Shown here piece after piece: positions 53,822 to 63,554 of a DNA stretch of 64,000 nt (positions are counted from its first letter, which is position 1; every line of letters begins with the position of its first letter). Made by a program: the position numbers and the translations under genes. The stretch comes from Candidatus Bathyarchaeia archaeon. Lineage in GTDB: Archaea; Thermoproteota; Bathyarchaeia; 40CM-2-53-6. The stretch spans positions 15,618-79,617 of the forward strand of contig DASYWW010000012.1 of assembly GCA_035935655.1 (NCBI GenBank). The letters are read 5' to 3'. The notes under the pieces were generated by a model, which was given only the letters and a program-made list of their open reading frames with translations, searched no databases and was not told the origin of the DNA.

Positions 53822-54289
53822 TCATGCGTCGTCGGTTGGCTGGTCGGCTGGTTCGACGACCGCGACTCGGCCGGGCTGGGGGTCTTCGATGGGGCCTTCT
53901 GCAGCTTTCTTTTCGGCCTCAGGAGCTACAACCTTCTTCCTTCTGGTCCTCGTCTTCTTGATCTGGGGCGCCACCGTGACTGCGACTTTGGCGCCTGCGC
54001 GGAGGCTGTCGAGCTCCGTTGAAAGCGTTGATGGACTCATCAGGCCTCTTGTGGCCCTTGCGGCGATCTCGCCAAGCTTGGTCCGGGGCGTGTATGCTCC
54101 TCCCGCGAACTTGTATCCGCATTTTCTGCAGTGCCAGACGCCAACGCTCCATCTCTTGACGGTTCTGAACATGCATCTCGGACACTCGTGCTTTCCTCTA
54201 AGGCCTGTAACTATCTCTACGTACTGTCGTCGTGTGACTGTTCCGTATCGGGCGCTGAAGCCTCCGGCGAGTCCTATCTTCTTTCCCAT
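53822..54289 (-). CDS. rpl37ae: Ribosomal protein L37Ae with a 60-aa Lys/Ala/Pro-rich C-terminal extension
   Basis: RYGTVTRRQYVEIVTGLRGKHECPRCMFRTVKRWSVGVWHCRKCGYKFAGGAYTP zinc-ribbon core (about 92 aa), then ...TVAPQIKKTRTRRKKVVAPEAEKKAAEGPIEDPQPGRVAVVEPADQPTDDA before the TGA at 53822. Confidence 0.8.
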   Translation of the reverse strand: MGKKIGLAGGFSARYGTVTRRQYVEIVTGLRGKHECPRCMFRTVKRWSVGVWHCRKCGYKFAGGAYTPRTKLGEIAARATRGLMSPSTLSTELDSLRAGAKVAVTVAPQIKKTRTRRKKVVAPEAEKKAAEGPIEDPQPGRVAVVEPADQPTDDA

Positions 54290-55107
54290 CAGCCCTTCGC
54301 CGCGGCCAATATCTTTGCCCTGTTTTCAGCAGCCTTCTGAACGGCCAAGTGTACCACTGTTTTCAGTTCTTCTTGTGTGAAGCCTGATAGGCCTCCCTTT
54401 TGCATGGCGCAAATGTTGCCGTTCTTCTCGATCGTGACTGTCAGCCTCGCGTTCATGACCTGCTCCTCCTCAAGCACCGGGTCCACAACGATCGTCTTGC
54501 CAACCTTGGCGAAGGTGACAGCTATAGGATGGTTGTTGAGAGGTAGAGGATGAAGCCCTGGCTTGTAAACGACCTCGTCACCCTTCATTTCCGCCTTCAA
54601 TAGCTTAGCGCTCGCAAGCGCGGCTAGAGCGGCCATGGAGGCTGCGTCAATGAGGTTGCCGTCGTGATCCAGAATGTAAATGTCGACGAAGACAACCTGG
54701 ACTTTCTTGCCCTTCAAGAGGACCAGCGATTTCATGTCGACGGCCTTCGACTCTCTGATTCCCCTGTCGATAACGCGTGCCAGTTCGATCGCCTGCTCGC
54801 TTGGTGGTCCTGACTCGAACAGTGGAGATGCTAGCGGACCTAGCTCGGCATTTACGGTTAGGACTCCCTCATCCGGGGTGTCAGGAAAGGGTGTTCCTGT
54901 TTCTACTTTTACACCGACTAGAACCTTTGATTTTCCGAGGTGTACTTGGGCTGATCCGTTTGCTTTCTCTATCAGACCCACTTGTATGTGCAGCGGCCTG
55001 TAGCTGTCTGCGGTTCTTTCGTCTATCCTCTTTCCGTTTGCCACAAGATCGACGACTGTCTTTTGTTCGAGTTTCGCGACGGGTGGAAGTTGGGGGGTGA
55101 ATGACAC
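54289..55107 (-). CDS. rrp42: Exosome complex subunit Rrp42 (RNase PH-like, non-catalytic)
   Basis: RIDERTADSYRPLHIQVGLIEKANGSAQVHLGKSKVLVGVKVE; PH-domain layout; follows rrp41. Confidence 0.9.
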   Translation of the reverse strand: MSFTPQLPPVAKLEQKTVVDLVANGKRIDERTADSYRPLHIQVGLIEKANGSAQVHLGKSKVLVGVKVETGTPFPDTPDEGVLTVNAELGPLASPLFESGPPSEQAIELARVIDRGIRESKAVDMKSLVLLKGKKVQVVFVDIYILDHDGNLIDAASMAALAALASAKLLKAEMKGDEVVYKPGLHPLPLNNHPIAVTFAKVGKTIVVDPVLEEEQVMNARLTVTIEKNGNICAMQKGGLSGFTQEELKTVVHLAVQKAAENRAKILAAAKG

Positions 55108-55874
55108 TAGGCTACTACCTCGGTTTCTTCTCTCTCCTCAGCAGCTTCCTTGATCACTAGATATTTCTTCTTCAGTGCCTCTTGCTGCATCCCGTGGATT
55201 GTCTTGCACGCATCAAGCGCCATCGTGAGTCCTTTTTCGAACTCGTTGGTTGTGAGGATTCCGTCCATTTGGAGGAGGGTCACTAGGTTTGCGTTGGGAA
55301 CCCATGCGACTGGTAGGTCAGCTTCACCGTACTTGTCTTCCGCATCGGACAGGTCCAGAGCCATGTGTCCCTGAATCTTGCCAACTGCGCACGCCGCGAC
55401 TAGCTCTTTCATCGGTATGCCTGCATCGGCTAATGCCAAGGACGCTGCGGTAATCCCAGCACATCGAGAGCCACCGTCGGACTGGAGGACCTCGATGAAG
55501 ACGTCGATAGTTGTCCTCGGGTAGAGATCGGTAAGAACCACGGACTCAAGTGATTCTCGGATTACCTTGGAGAGTTCCATTTCTCGTCTAGAAGGGGCCG
55601 GATTCTTTCGCTCATCGACGGAGAACGGAGCCATGCGGTATCTGCATCTCAAGACTGCGCGGTCTGGAAGGGCGATGTGTTTCGGGTGAGCTTCTCTAGG
55701 TCCGTATACTCCGACGAGAATCTTGTTTTTCCCCTGTTCGATGTATGCGGATCCGTCGGCTTTGTCCAGTAATCCTACTTCGAGTTTTATCGGTCGTAAC
55801 TGGTCTAGACGACGCCCGTCGATACGGATGCCTTTATCGTCTATCAGTTTTTCAGGCTGTTTGGGTTCTGGCAA
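55107..55874 (-). CDS. rrp41: Exosome complex exonuclease Rrp41 (RNase PH)
   Basis: [46 protein letters not shown]; phosphate-binding GxxR region. Confidence 0.9.
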   Translation of the reverse strand: MPEPKQPEKLIDDKGIRIDGRRLDQLRPIKLEVGLLDKADGSAYIEQGKNKILVGVYGPREAHPKHIALPDRAVLRCRYRMAPFSVDERKNPAPSRREMELSKVIRESLESVVLTDLYPRTTIDVFIEVLQSDGGSRCAGITAASLALADAGIPMKELVAACAVGKIQGHMALDLSDAEDKYGEADLPVAWVPNANLVTLLQMDGILTTNEFEKGLTMALDACKTIHGMQQEALKKKYLVIKEAAEEREETEVVA

Positions 55875-56565
55875 CTTCTCCTACCACGTTTGATTTTGCG
55901 ATCATTTCTCTTATCCTGTCTGTTAGGCCTCTTGTATGGGCTTCACGTTCGACCATGTATATGGCTTCTACTGCGACCCTTTCGTTCTCAGGCGACTTGC
56001 CCCAGACCATAACCACGCCGTTTTGTCCTACGGTTATCTGGCAGCCGGTCTCTCTCTTCAGCATGCTGATCATGGAGCCTTTCCTCCCAATTAGCCGGGG
56101 TATCTTGGCAGCGGATATCTCTACCACTCTGCCTGTGGAGATTTTGCCCAGGCCCGGTCCCTTCACAGTAAGAAGAGGGTCTCTCGTTCTATCGAAGGCC
56201 AAAACTTGAGCCAAGACCATGTCTCCGACGTCGAATGACTCTGATAGATCTCTTCGCCTCGGTCCTCTCGGACCCGGCGTCTCAGAAGCGGGAAGCATTG
56301 CCTCGTACGGGGCGCGGATATCCACTGTCCACCCTGACAGCCCCACGTCGACGATTCTGCCGCCGACTAGATCTCCTACTCGGGGGAAATATCCACCCTT
56401 GAGTGGTACAACAGTGACTCTGTTGCCGTCTACTTCGAAGATTCCTATACACGCAGAATATATCCGGGTTCCTATCTTGAACGAGTTGTCGCCGAGCAAG
56501 TGCTCTCCCTCGGCGAGGAGTTCGCCAGGCGCGACTACTTGTTTTGGCTCTGCTGCGATTACCAT
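55852..56565 (-). CDS. rrp4: Exosome RNA-binding subunit Rrp4 (N-domain + S1 + KH)
   Basis: S1 ([22 protein letters not shown]) and KH ([26 protein letters not shown]) domains. Confidence 0.85.
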   Translation of the reverse strand: MVIAAEPKQVVAPGELLAEGEHLLGDNSFKIGTRIYSACIGIFEVDGNRVTVVPLKGGYFPRVGDLVGGRIVDVGLSGWTVDIRAPYEAMLPASETPGPRGPRRRDLSESFDVGDMVLAQVLAFDRTRDPLLTVKGPGLGKISTGRVVEISAAKIPRLIGRKGSMISMLKRETGCQITVGQNGVVMVWGKSPENERVAVEAIYMVEREAHTRGLTDRIREMIAKSNVVGEVARTQTA

Positions 56566-56578
56566 CTGATTTCTCCTT

Positions 56579-57268
56579 CTAGTTTAGGACCTTCATCTGA
56601 ATAGTTCCCTGTGTCATCTTGCTAACTCTGTCCGTGAATGAGCCATACATGCCTGCGGGCATCTCTATAACTGCTACTAGAGCCCCGTCGGCTTGCCACT
56701 CTTCACGTGTAACCGTGCCAAAGCTCTTGAAAGCGTTGTAGGCCCTAGCGGCATGCTCTGGGAATACCTTGACGGCTATTCGCATTTGTTCCATCTTGAT
56801 CGGAAGCACTGGCCTAAGGTCTTCGATGACCTGTTTCGCCTGTTCTTCTGCACTCTTGTAGGGATCAATTGAGATACGGATCTGTTCGAGAGCCTGCTCG
56901 ATCCTAAGCGGCGGGTGAGGTGCTCCGCTTCGAGGGTCGATGGCATTCCGTGAGATTATCGAGATAATCTGACGCCTCTTCTCGTCTATCAGCTGGCGGC
57001 GCTGCTCAGTTGTGAGCTGAAGCTCACCAGACTTCATGATCTCCTCCGCGACTTTGGCGGCATCAGTAGTCCCGAAATGTTTCTGCAATTTCTCTTCTGA
57101 AGCTCTCGTTCCCTTCCCGGAGTCAGAGTATACCTCTTCGATCATTAGAACTTGGGAAATAGGAATGGGCTTTCCGAGCTTGTAGTCGAGAGCGGGTTGA
57201 GGTTTTACTAGTATCTCAAAACGGTCTTGGCCCCTGGATAGGCGTGCCGTTGTGAACTTGTCACTCAT
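56579..57268 (-). CDS. sdo1: SBDS-family ribosome maturation protein (Sdo1)
   Basis: ARLSRGQDRFEILVKPQPALDYKLGKPIPISQVL... FYSH domain pattern; 229 aa. Confidence 0.9.
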   Translation of the reverse strand: MSDKFTTARLSRGQDRFEILVKPQPALDYKLGKPIPISQVLMIEEVYSDSGKGTRASEEKLQKHFGTTDAAKVAEEIMKSGELQLTTEQRRQLIDEKRRQIISIISRNAIDPRSGAPHPPLRIEQALEQIRISIDPYKSAEEQAKQVIEDLRPVLPIKMEQMRIAVKVFPEHAARAYNAFKSFGTVTREEWQADGALVAVIEMPAGMYGSFTDRVSKMTQGTIQMKVLN

Positions 57269-58014
57269 TTGCCAGCCGGTGCCTTTTTACCAGCATCCAG
57301 CTTTCGGAGGTACTTGTCTACCTCTTCAACGGGGAGTTTCTGGAATTTGCCCGTCTCCCTCGGGATAATCGCGACCCGGATTTTCTGAGGCTCGGCCTTT
57401 CCCTCCAACACTTTCGTCATACACTTCATGCCCAACAGTAACGCCTCATCCATCGTAAGGTTGTCTCGGTATTCTGCCTCAAGTATCTCGTTAGCCGCAT
57501 CTCCACCGGCCCCGATTGCCCACGCCCTGTAGGCGAAGAACGCGCCGCTGGGGTCAGTCCAAAATAATCTACTCCCCTTTTTGTCGACTCCTCCGAAGAG
57601 CATCGAAATCCCGAACGGCCGGACTCCTGCGTGCTGTGTGTAGAGCTGCTTTATTTCTCCTATGCGTCGAGTCAGTATCTCAATGTCGATCGGCTCGTCA
57701 TACATCAGTTTGTTACTTTGGGCGTATATTCTCGCTTGGTCAACGAGAATGTGAGCGTCGCAACTTAGCCCAGCTACAGCTGTACCCACGTGATCATCTA
57801 TCTGGAATATCTTCCACATGAAGGACAAATCCTGTAGCTTCGAACCCGCCCTTTCTTCGGCGGCGAGAACAACTCCCTCAGGCGATGCTATGCCCAGGAC
57901 TGTAGCACCTCGCTTCACCGTTTCGCTCGCGTATTCAACTTGGAACAGTCTCCCGTCAGGAGAGAATACGGTTATGGCCCGGTCGTAAGCTCCGGGCACG
58001 GCAAACATGGACAA
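57265..58014 (-). CDS. psmA: Proteasome alpha subunit
   Basis: YDRAITVFSPDGRLFQVEYA alpha-subunit N-terminal signature; 249 aa. Confidence 0.95.
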   Translation of the reverse strand: MSMFAVPGAYDRAITVFSPDGRLFQVEYASETVKRGATVLGIASPEGVVLAAEERAGSKLQDLSFMWKIFQIDDHVGTAVAGLSCDAHILVDQARIYAQSNKLMYDEPIDIEILTRRIGEIKQLYTQHAGVRPFGISMLFGGVDKKGSRLFWTDPSGAFFAYRAWAIGAGGDAANEILEAEYRDNLTMDEALLLGMKCMTKVLEGKAEPQKIRVAIIPRETGKFQKLPVEEVDKYLRKLDAGKKAPAGK

Positions 58015-58225
58015 ACTATTGCACCTAACTGAAATCGCGGTGACACGGGTGACTGCGTACTAAAACCTTTCTCAGTGCGATGACTTCTAAGTTGCGATAT
58101 GTTTGGGGTCGGCCCGTCGCTGAGGACATCATCCTTTTGGTCAAGCTGGGACTGGCTTCGTCATTCCCCATCCACAAGTCTATGGGCCTGAATAATAGGA
58201 TGTGGGTTCGGACACTAGAACGAAT

Positions 58226-58750
58226 CTAGCCGTGAATTTCTCCTAGCTTTTTCTGAATTTCTTCCACGAGTCCGTCGCCCTTAGGCGACTTTGTTCTGAA
58301 CGAGATCGCAATTTTGATCGGGTCTGTGTTCTCAAGGCGAATTTTTCCTTTCAGTGCCGCTTGTTTGTCAATCCGCAGGAATAGGGTGCCCGCGTTGTCA
58401 ATCCTTGAGGTCAAACTTGAGAACACCTCGGTCCTATCCAACTCGGATAGACGACTCCAAATCATTTGAAGAAAACCTTCCACGCTCTTCGCATTTCTAG
58501 TCGCAAACACTAGGGTTACGATTTCATTGCCATGATGGCCTTTGGCTCGATTCATCGATGAACTTAGGAGCGTTTCGCCAAGGTAGAGGTTTCGTATCCC
58601 CTGCGAAACCTTTTCAGAGTCTTCGGTTGCGTGGATAATCGTAGAAATCGTGACTGAATAGGCCTGCACCGGGGAATCCATTCGAGTCAACCTGTAGAAA
58701 GCGCCCTTTCGCTTTAAAATACCATTAACTTGTAATCTTGTCCCGGTCAT
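58226..58750 (-). CDS. Hypothetical protein (about 175 aa) adjacent to the exosome superoperon
   Basis: ORF with start trimmed to the internal M (MTGTRLQVNG...), because the longer call overlaps the pth2 start. No recognisable motif. Confidence 0.4.
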   Translation of the reverse strand: MTGTRLQVNGILKRKGAFYRLTRMDSPVQAYSVTISTIIHATEDSEKVSQGIRNLYLGETLLSSSMNRAKGHHGNEIVTLVFATRNAKSVEGFLQMIWSRLSELDRTEVFSSLTSRIDNAGTLFLRIDKQAALKGKIRLENTDPIKIAISFRTKSPKGDGLVEEIQKKLGEIHG

Positions 58751-59114
58751 GTCAGAAAGTTTTCGATTCAAACAAGTGCTTGTCGTTAGATTGGATCTCG
58801 ACATGGGAAGGGGAAAAGCGGCTGTGCAGTGTGCACACGCTGCGGTAACAGCGGCCGAAGAGGCCCGCACCCATCTGCACAATTGGTGGAAATCGTGGAT
58901 GGAGGAAGGACAAATGAAGGTCGCGGTAAAGGTTCCGGATCTCGAGAGTGTCTTGGAACTCGAGAGGAAAGGTAAATCGAAAGGGCTTCCGGTTCATTTG
59001 GTCAGAGATAGGGGGCTGACCCAGGTTCCCCCCGGAACAATAACATGCTTGGGAATCGGTCCAGCTCCGGCCGATGTCGTTGACTCTCTAACCGGTAATC
59101 TGGCCCTTTTTTGA
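58749..59114 (+). CDS. pth2: Peptidyl-tRNA hydrolase, archaeal type (Pth2)
   Basis: FKQVLVVRLDLDMGRGKAAVQCAHAAV...GQMKVAVKV...PVHLVRDRGLTQVPPGTITCLGIGPAP...LTGNLAL matches Pth2 over its full length. Confidence 0.85.
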   Translation: MSESFRFKQVLVVRLDLDMGRGKAAVQCAHAAVTAAEEARTHLHNWWKSWMEEGQMKVAVKVPDLESVLELERKGKSKGLPVHLVRDRGLTQVPPGTITCLGIGPAPADVVDSLTGNLALF

Positions 59115-59465
59115 GCGAAGGCTCTCTAAGAGATCGCTATGTTTCGCAGATGCAATCTCAAACCTGCGTTTAGCATCTTGAACGTAATCAACGAACTCTG
59201 AGTCTGCCGTCTCACGGAACGTTGATCCTATCTGTTGAAACAGTTTCTTCAAGATCAACCGCTCGATTACCCTTGATGCGCCACCTAGCGCCTTTTTCAG
59301 CCCAGCCGCGAATTCCTCTACCCTGTCGGGGATCTGCTCCCGATCAAGAGACTGAATTGTGGAGAGATATTGGTAGACTGCCAGCCTGGGCTCATTTCCA
59401 AGAACGGACAATCCCTCGTCAACACATTCAAGCAGTAACTGACCGAAAGACTGCGTTCTGCTCAA
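59088..59465 (-). CDS. Small hypothetical protein
   Basis: 125-aa ORF; stop/start overlap with the downstream multi-TM gene suggests co-transcription. Confidence 0.35.
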   Translation of the reverse strand: MSRTQSFGQLLLECVDEGLSVLGNEPRLAVYQYLSTIQSLDREQIPDRVEEFAAGLKKALGGASRVIERLILKKLFQQIGSTFRETADSEFVDYVQDAKRRFEIASAKHSDLLESLRSKKGQITG

Positions 59466-61297
59466 TTGGACACTCTCCCCTCGGATCCTTGACTTTCGTC
59501 TTCAAAGCTCGGCTTCTTGGTTTCAAAACCCGGGAGTCCCATTCCCTGGGAGGAGCGAACCATTCTGAAGCCATTCAAGTCGTACTTGGCCTGTGATCTG
59601 AAAAGGCCTCTGATTCCATTTAGGGATCTCTCATCGAGAGCTGTGAAGTTGATCAGCACAAGCGTAGACGCTGACTCTGACTCAGACATCTCGACCACAG
59701 ACGACAATACGCCATAGCCTTTCTCGAACCCCTGAAAGAGGATCAAATCTGTGAATACATCGAAAACCATCCCAACCAAACGGCCATGGTTCGCCTGTAG
59801 TAACTTATCGACGGCGTCAAGAAGCAGAGAGGTATCTCTTTCAGGCAGTAGAACGTGCTCTTCAGAAACCTTTGAAGGAGTTGACGTTTTCGTACTGAAA
59901 GTGAACAAGCGCAGGTTATGCTGCCCTCTGAACTGCCTAAATGTTGGACTCCCCATGGATGTGAAAATCGCTATCGGCTCGACATTAGCTTGGAATTCTC
60001 GGGCAAATTTCTGAACTGCATCTTCATAGCTACTTGTAGGGTCATACTCTAGAAGTATTCTACTCCTAGACAATGCCTGATGCTTGGTATTGAGCAGTTT
60101 TGAAAAACTATCCTGCTGGAGCGCAAGATCACGGACCCGAGCCTTAGGGTTCGCCTCGCGTATTGCCTCGAGCGTCCCCGACTGTGCCTCCTCGACATTG
60201 AGAGCCCATATGCGCGGTTTGCGGCGAGGTCCAGGAAGACTGTCAAGGGCCTTGACCTTTGATATTATGAGATTGCATTGATCCAGGCTTAGTTCCCCAA
60301 GATCGACAAGTTCTCTTTTCGTCCTGTGAAATCCGGGAGGAACGCTGAGATCAAGCCCTGCTTCGCCGGCTCCAAAATCAATGGATTGAATCATCATTTG
60401 TGGACCCCTTTGTCGAGAATGATCCGTTGTAGTTCCCTTTAGAATTGCACGGTAGAAAGGTACTTCTGACTTGATGGCATAGAAGACCAACTCTTGTCTA
60501 GTCGCTAGTCCGTCCTCCACGAACCTCTCAACAAGCCTTTTCCTGTCAGATTCTGTGTTGTATAAGACCACGGTATCTTCTTCGGCGCTTGAGCTGACTG
60601 CTTGGAAGATCATCTCACCCCCGGTGACGATTCTACTCAGGATGGTGGGCTCTCTTAGGGCAAAGGACACAAGGACGAACAATGCTCCGTCTGCTACTAT
60701 GCTGAAACTTTTGACCAAGCTTGCGTAGCCTCCCGCAAATGCTTGTTGAAAGAACGTGATGAGACCGAAACAAGCCCAGCAAATACTGATGAGCCTGATC
60801 GAGCTCGAGGCTTTCGGATCTTGTACTCGTCGAGACTGTCTGTAAAAGGAGAGAACAGGAAATGCGATAAACGAGGTCAACAGAATCGAGCTGACTACGA
60901 TGTACCAGCTGTCATAAGAAAAGAAATAGATGCGCTCTGCATTGCTTGTAAGGTCGTTGACGGTGAATGGCTGCCAGATGAGAGTGGCTGTTGCCCAGCC
61001 TATCGAGATTGAGAGGAACGCAAGCAAGGGCATCGGAAGCCTCTTCAGAAAACTCGTAAGCTCTGTGAATCCTCCCTTCCCTCTGCTTTCCTTCAGGAGG
61101 TAACTTGCAAAACCGATCGCGATGGCAGTCAGCGCTAGGAAGATGGTATCCAGGTATGGGTTGGGAGGTCTACTGAGAAGGTCTGAGCTAGTTGTATCGG
61201 AAAGAAACAGAATGAATCCAATGTTTGCGGCGATGATGAAGAAAACTGAGTCTAGAAAGTATGTTTTCTTGGCTCGGATCGTAAAGAGCAGGGCCAT
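59462..61297 (-). CDS. Multi-TM (about 7 helices) membrane protein with a large cytoplasmic RecA/KaiC-like (DUF835-like, no Walker A) C-terminal domain
   Basis: First ~230 aa hydrophobic helices. C-terminal ~350 aa globular with ...VGMVFDVFTDLILFQGFEKGYGVLSSVVEMSE... resembling P-loop-less KaiC-like domains seen fused to 7TM modules in archaea. Confidence 0.5.
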   Translation of the reverse strand: MALLFTIRAKKTYFLDSVFFIIAANIGFILFLSDTTSSDLLSRPPNPYLDTIFLALTAIAIGFASYLLKESRGKGGFTELTSFLKRLPMPLLAFLSISIGWATATLIWQPFTVNDLTSNAERIYFFSYDSWYIVVSSILLTSFIAFPVLSFYRQSRRVQDPKASSSIRLISICWACFGLITFFQQAFAGGYASLVKSFSIVADGALFVLVSFALREPTILSRIVTGGEMIFQAVSSSAEEDTVVLYNTESDRKRLVERFVEDGLATRQELVFYAIKSEVPFYRAILKGTTTDHSRQRGPQMMIQSIDFGAGEAGLDLSVPPGFHRTKRELVDLGELSLDQCNLIISKVKALDSLPGPRRKPRIWALNVEEAQSGTLEAIREANPKARVRDLALQQDSFSKLLNTKHQALSRSRILLEYDPTSSYEDAVQKFAREFQANVEPIAIFTSMGSPTFRQFRGQHNLRLFTFSTKTSTPSKVSEEHVLLPERDTSLLLDAVDKLLQANHGRLVGMVFDVFTDLILFQGFEKGYGVLSSVVEMSESESASTLVLINFTALDERSLNGIRGLFRSQAKYDLNGFRMVRSSQGMGLPGFETKKPSFEDESQGSEGRVSN

Positions 61298-61353
61298 GCA
61301 AGAGGCGCTGAGCGCGAGCAGATCTAAGATCTGATGAACGAATTTTCACCGCC

Positions 61354-61551
61354 TCACTCGTCTTTGGTAATGACTTCTTTCGGCGATTCATCTTTCCTCA
61401 TCTCGTAGACGAGCCTAACAGATTCTTGATTCTCGTTCAAACTTAGCTGAAAATGAGATGATGCAGCTACCCCAAGCAGCCTTGCTATGTCCACGGGAAT
61501 TAGCAAGTATAGGCTGTCTCTAAGCTTTACAGGCTTGACCTTCAGTGGCAC
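61354..61551 (-). CDS. AbrB/MazE-like swapped-hairpin small DNA-binding protein
   Basis: MPLKVKPVKLRDSLYLLIPVDIARLLGV resembles the SpoVT/AbrB N-domain pattern (vkv.k.G.s..v.IPkei.e.lgl); 65 aa. Confidence 0.4.
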   Translation of the reverse strand: MPLKVKPVKLRDSLYLLIPVDIARLLGVAASSHFQLSLNENQESVRLVYEMRKDESPKEVITKDE

Positions 61552-61624
61552 GAGGAGTCAACTTAGCCACCGCAAAGTGGCTGTTCGGCTTGAGAGTGGT
61601 GTAACCTTGATAGTAGTGATTAGG

Positions 61625-62635
61625 TTACAATTGCAAATCGTCTATCGATTCTTCATTGCCCGAAAGGCCAGTCCAACCGAAATGCCCCTTTAGGAGATCG
61701 GCTGCCTGCTGCGAATCGCCTGCTTCAATAACCGAGATTCTGTACAAAGCCGCCAGTTTCTTGGCTTTCTCCGTTAGCCCAGGAATCGCCACGAGGATTG
61801 TCTGGCTGGGACTCACATCAAACACTTTGGCGTAGAGCGACGCTATTGGTGTCTCTTCAATCTCCCGATCACTTGCAATTACGTCGAGAACAACAAGCTC
61901 AGAGGAGCCTTTCGAGGCAACCGCGTCAAACCTATGGAGGGCCCCAGAACGACCGGCGACCTGACCAGGCATCTCGACCTTATACTGGAAATCCTCGAGC
62001 GTGGCTCCAATAGGCTTCATCACAAGGAAGGTCCGCTTGAATTCATCCTCTGCCTCGGCGCTCATTCGATAACTGTAGACGTTGACGAACCCAGTGTCTT
62101 TGATGGTGAAAATATGTCCACAACTTCTACATCGATGAATTGGACTTGGTAAGTCCGACCTCTTTCCACACTGGGAGCATTGGAACCAAGCACCGAGCTT
62201 TTGATAATCCACCCCAGCTTCTATCAACTCCTTATTGCATTTCGGACAGTAGAGGCCGCCTTCGACTAGAAAGTTGTCTACGCTGTCGATGGTCCCGCAA
62301 GCCGTGTGCTCAAGAAGAGTCTTTCGTTCTATGTCGATAGAGTTGCAATTCGGACAGACGTAATCATTGCTGACATTTGCAGACAAACAACTCGGACAAA
62401 CCAGGATTTTTTCGTGGAATTTGCGCTTGAATATTCCCACATCCCAGAGTTTCTCAACCAGTTGCGTCGCAGCAGTTGTATCACCATCAACAACCTCCTC
62501 GACTTCTGGATATCTTGCCGTTTGGCTGAGATCAAAGCTGGGCACAAGTTCAACAATTTCCCCCTTGACAAATCTACCTAGAAGTAGCTGGACACTTTGA
62601 CCCTGGTATAGGGTAAGCCTGTCCTTGGATGTCAT
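61625..62635 (-). CDS. Four-zinc-ribbon hypothetical protein with C-terminal alpha/beta domain
   Basis: CPSC...CPNC, CPKC...CSQC, CRSC plus additional Cys/His pairs within 120 aa. C-terminal HRFDAVASKGSSELVVLDVIASD...VAIPG segment. Confidence 0.5.
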   Translation of the reverse strand: MTSKDRLTLYQGQSVQLLLGRFVKGEIVELVPSFDLSQTARYPEVEEVVDGDTTAATQLVEKLWDVGIFKRKFHEKILVCPSCLSANVSNDYVCPNCNSIDIERKTLLEHTACGTIDSVDNFLVEGGLYCPKCNKELIEAGVDYQKLGAWFQCSQCGKRSDLPSPIHRCRSCGHIFTIKDTGFVNVYSYRMSAEAEDEFKRTFLVMKPIGATLEDFQYKVEMPGQVAGRSGALHRFDAVASKGSSELVVLDVIASDREIEETPIASLYAKVFDVSPSQTILVAIPGLTEKAKKLAALYRISVIEAGDSQQAADLLKGHFGWTGLSGNEESIDDLQL

Positions 62636-62784
62636 TCCTATTGACTCTACCCCTCTAGGTGCCTCTGGCTATACGCAGGCGAGACGCGAGGTGATGGATA
62701 TTCAGGAGTTGTACCTTGTTCGAGACGCTGTACGTATCAGAACGAATATGGTTTGCGAGCTTCCTCAACCCGTTTTGAAGACTA

Positions 62785-63549
62785 TTGGCTGACTCCTCGA
62801 CGAATCCGAACGCTAGTTCTAGAACTCCTACCGGGATTCCAGGCCTCGACAAGCTGCTTACTGGAGGATTGCCTAGGAACAGAACTATTCTGCTCTCTGG
62901 AGGACCGGGGACTGGCAAGACAATACTATCCTCTCAGTACATTGTCAATGGGATCTTGGACTATGACGAACCCGGCGTAATTGTCAGCCTCGACGAAAAC
63001 AAACAGCACGTCTTCGAGGAAATGCTTGACTTCGGTTGGGATTTCCAAGACCTCGAGAATAGCAAGAAGCTAATTTTCCTCGAAGCTTCCCCGATCAGAT
63101 ATCTCCCTGCTGAGATTAAAGTTGGAAAACTGACCGTCGGCCGGAAGGAGTTCTCCATGGCGACGTTGATCGAGATGATTAAGACCAGTGTTCGAGAGAT
63201 CGGGGCCAAGAGAATCGTTGTTGACCCCGTGACGACATTGGTCTTTCAATACGAAGGAGTGGCAGCGCAACGAAACGCATTGGTTGAACTCATGGAAGCA
63301 CTAGCAGAGACCGGCGCAACATGTTTGATTACGACTGAACTTCGAAGACCTGGTTTCGAAAGGAGCCTCGACTACGAAGAATATCTCGCTCACGGCGTCA
63401 TCCTTCTCCAGCAATTGCAAGTTGGGAAGTCACTACTGCGCGTCATCCAGGTTGAGAAAATGCGCAAAACTCCCCTGGACAACCAACCAAGGCCTTACCG
63501 AATAACTGATACTGGAATCGAAGTCTTTCCACGCGAGAGTGTTCTGTAA
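62785..63549 (+). CDS. KaiC/RecA-superfamily single-domain ATPase
   Basis: GIPGLDKLLTGGLPRNRTILLSGGPGTGKTILSSQY (Walker A), IVVDPVT (Walker B region), KaiC-like C-terminal LRVIQVEKMRKTP. Confidence 0.8.
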   Translation: MADSSTNPNASSRTPTGIPGLDKLLTGGLPRNRTILLSGGPGTGKTILSSQYIVNGILDYDEPGVIVSLDENKQHVFEEMLDFGWDFQDLENSKKLIFLEASPIRYLPAEIKVGKLTVGRKEFSMATLIEMIKTSVREIGAKRIVVDPVTTLVFQYEGVAAQRNALVELMEALAETGATCLITTELRRPGFERSLDYEEYLAHGVILLQQLQVGKSLLRVIQVEKMRKTPLDNQPRPYRITDTGIEVFPRESVL

Positions 63550-63554
63550 TGAGA

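Noticed and set aside
53531-54013. RpoP (RNA polymerase subunit P) expected between L37Ae and Pcc1
   Set aside because: The minus-strand frames of this interval were translated by hand and no CxxC-x(13-17)-CxxC mini-ORF was found. It is noted as an absence rather than annotated.
53889-54380. 163-aa plus-strand ORF
   Set aside because: It is antisense to the L37Ae/Rrp42 junction. The minus-strand genes there have strong motif support.
62785-63549. Calling the KaiC-like ATPase ArlH (archaellum regulator)
   Set aside because: No arlI/arlJ or archaellin genes are adjacent, so a generic KaiC-like assignment is kept.
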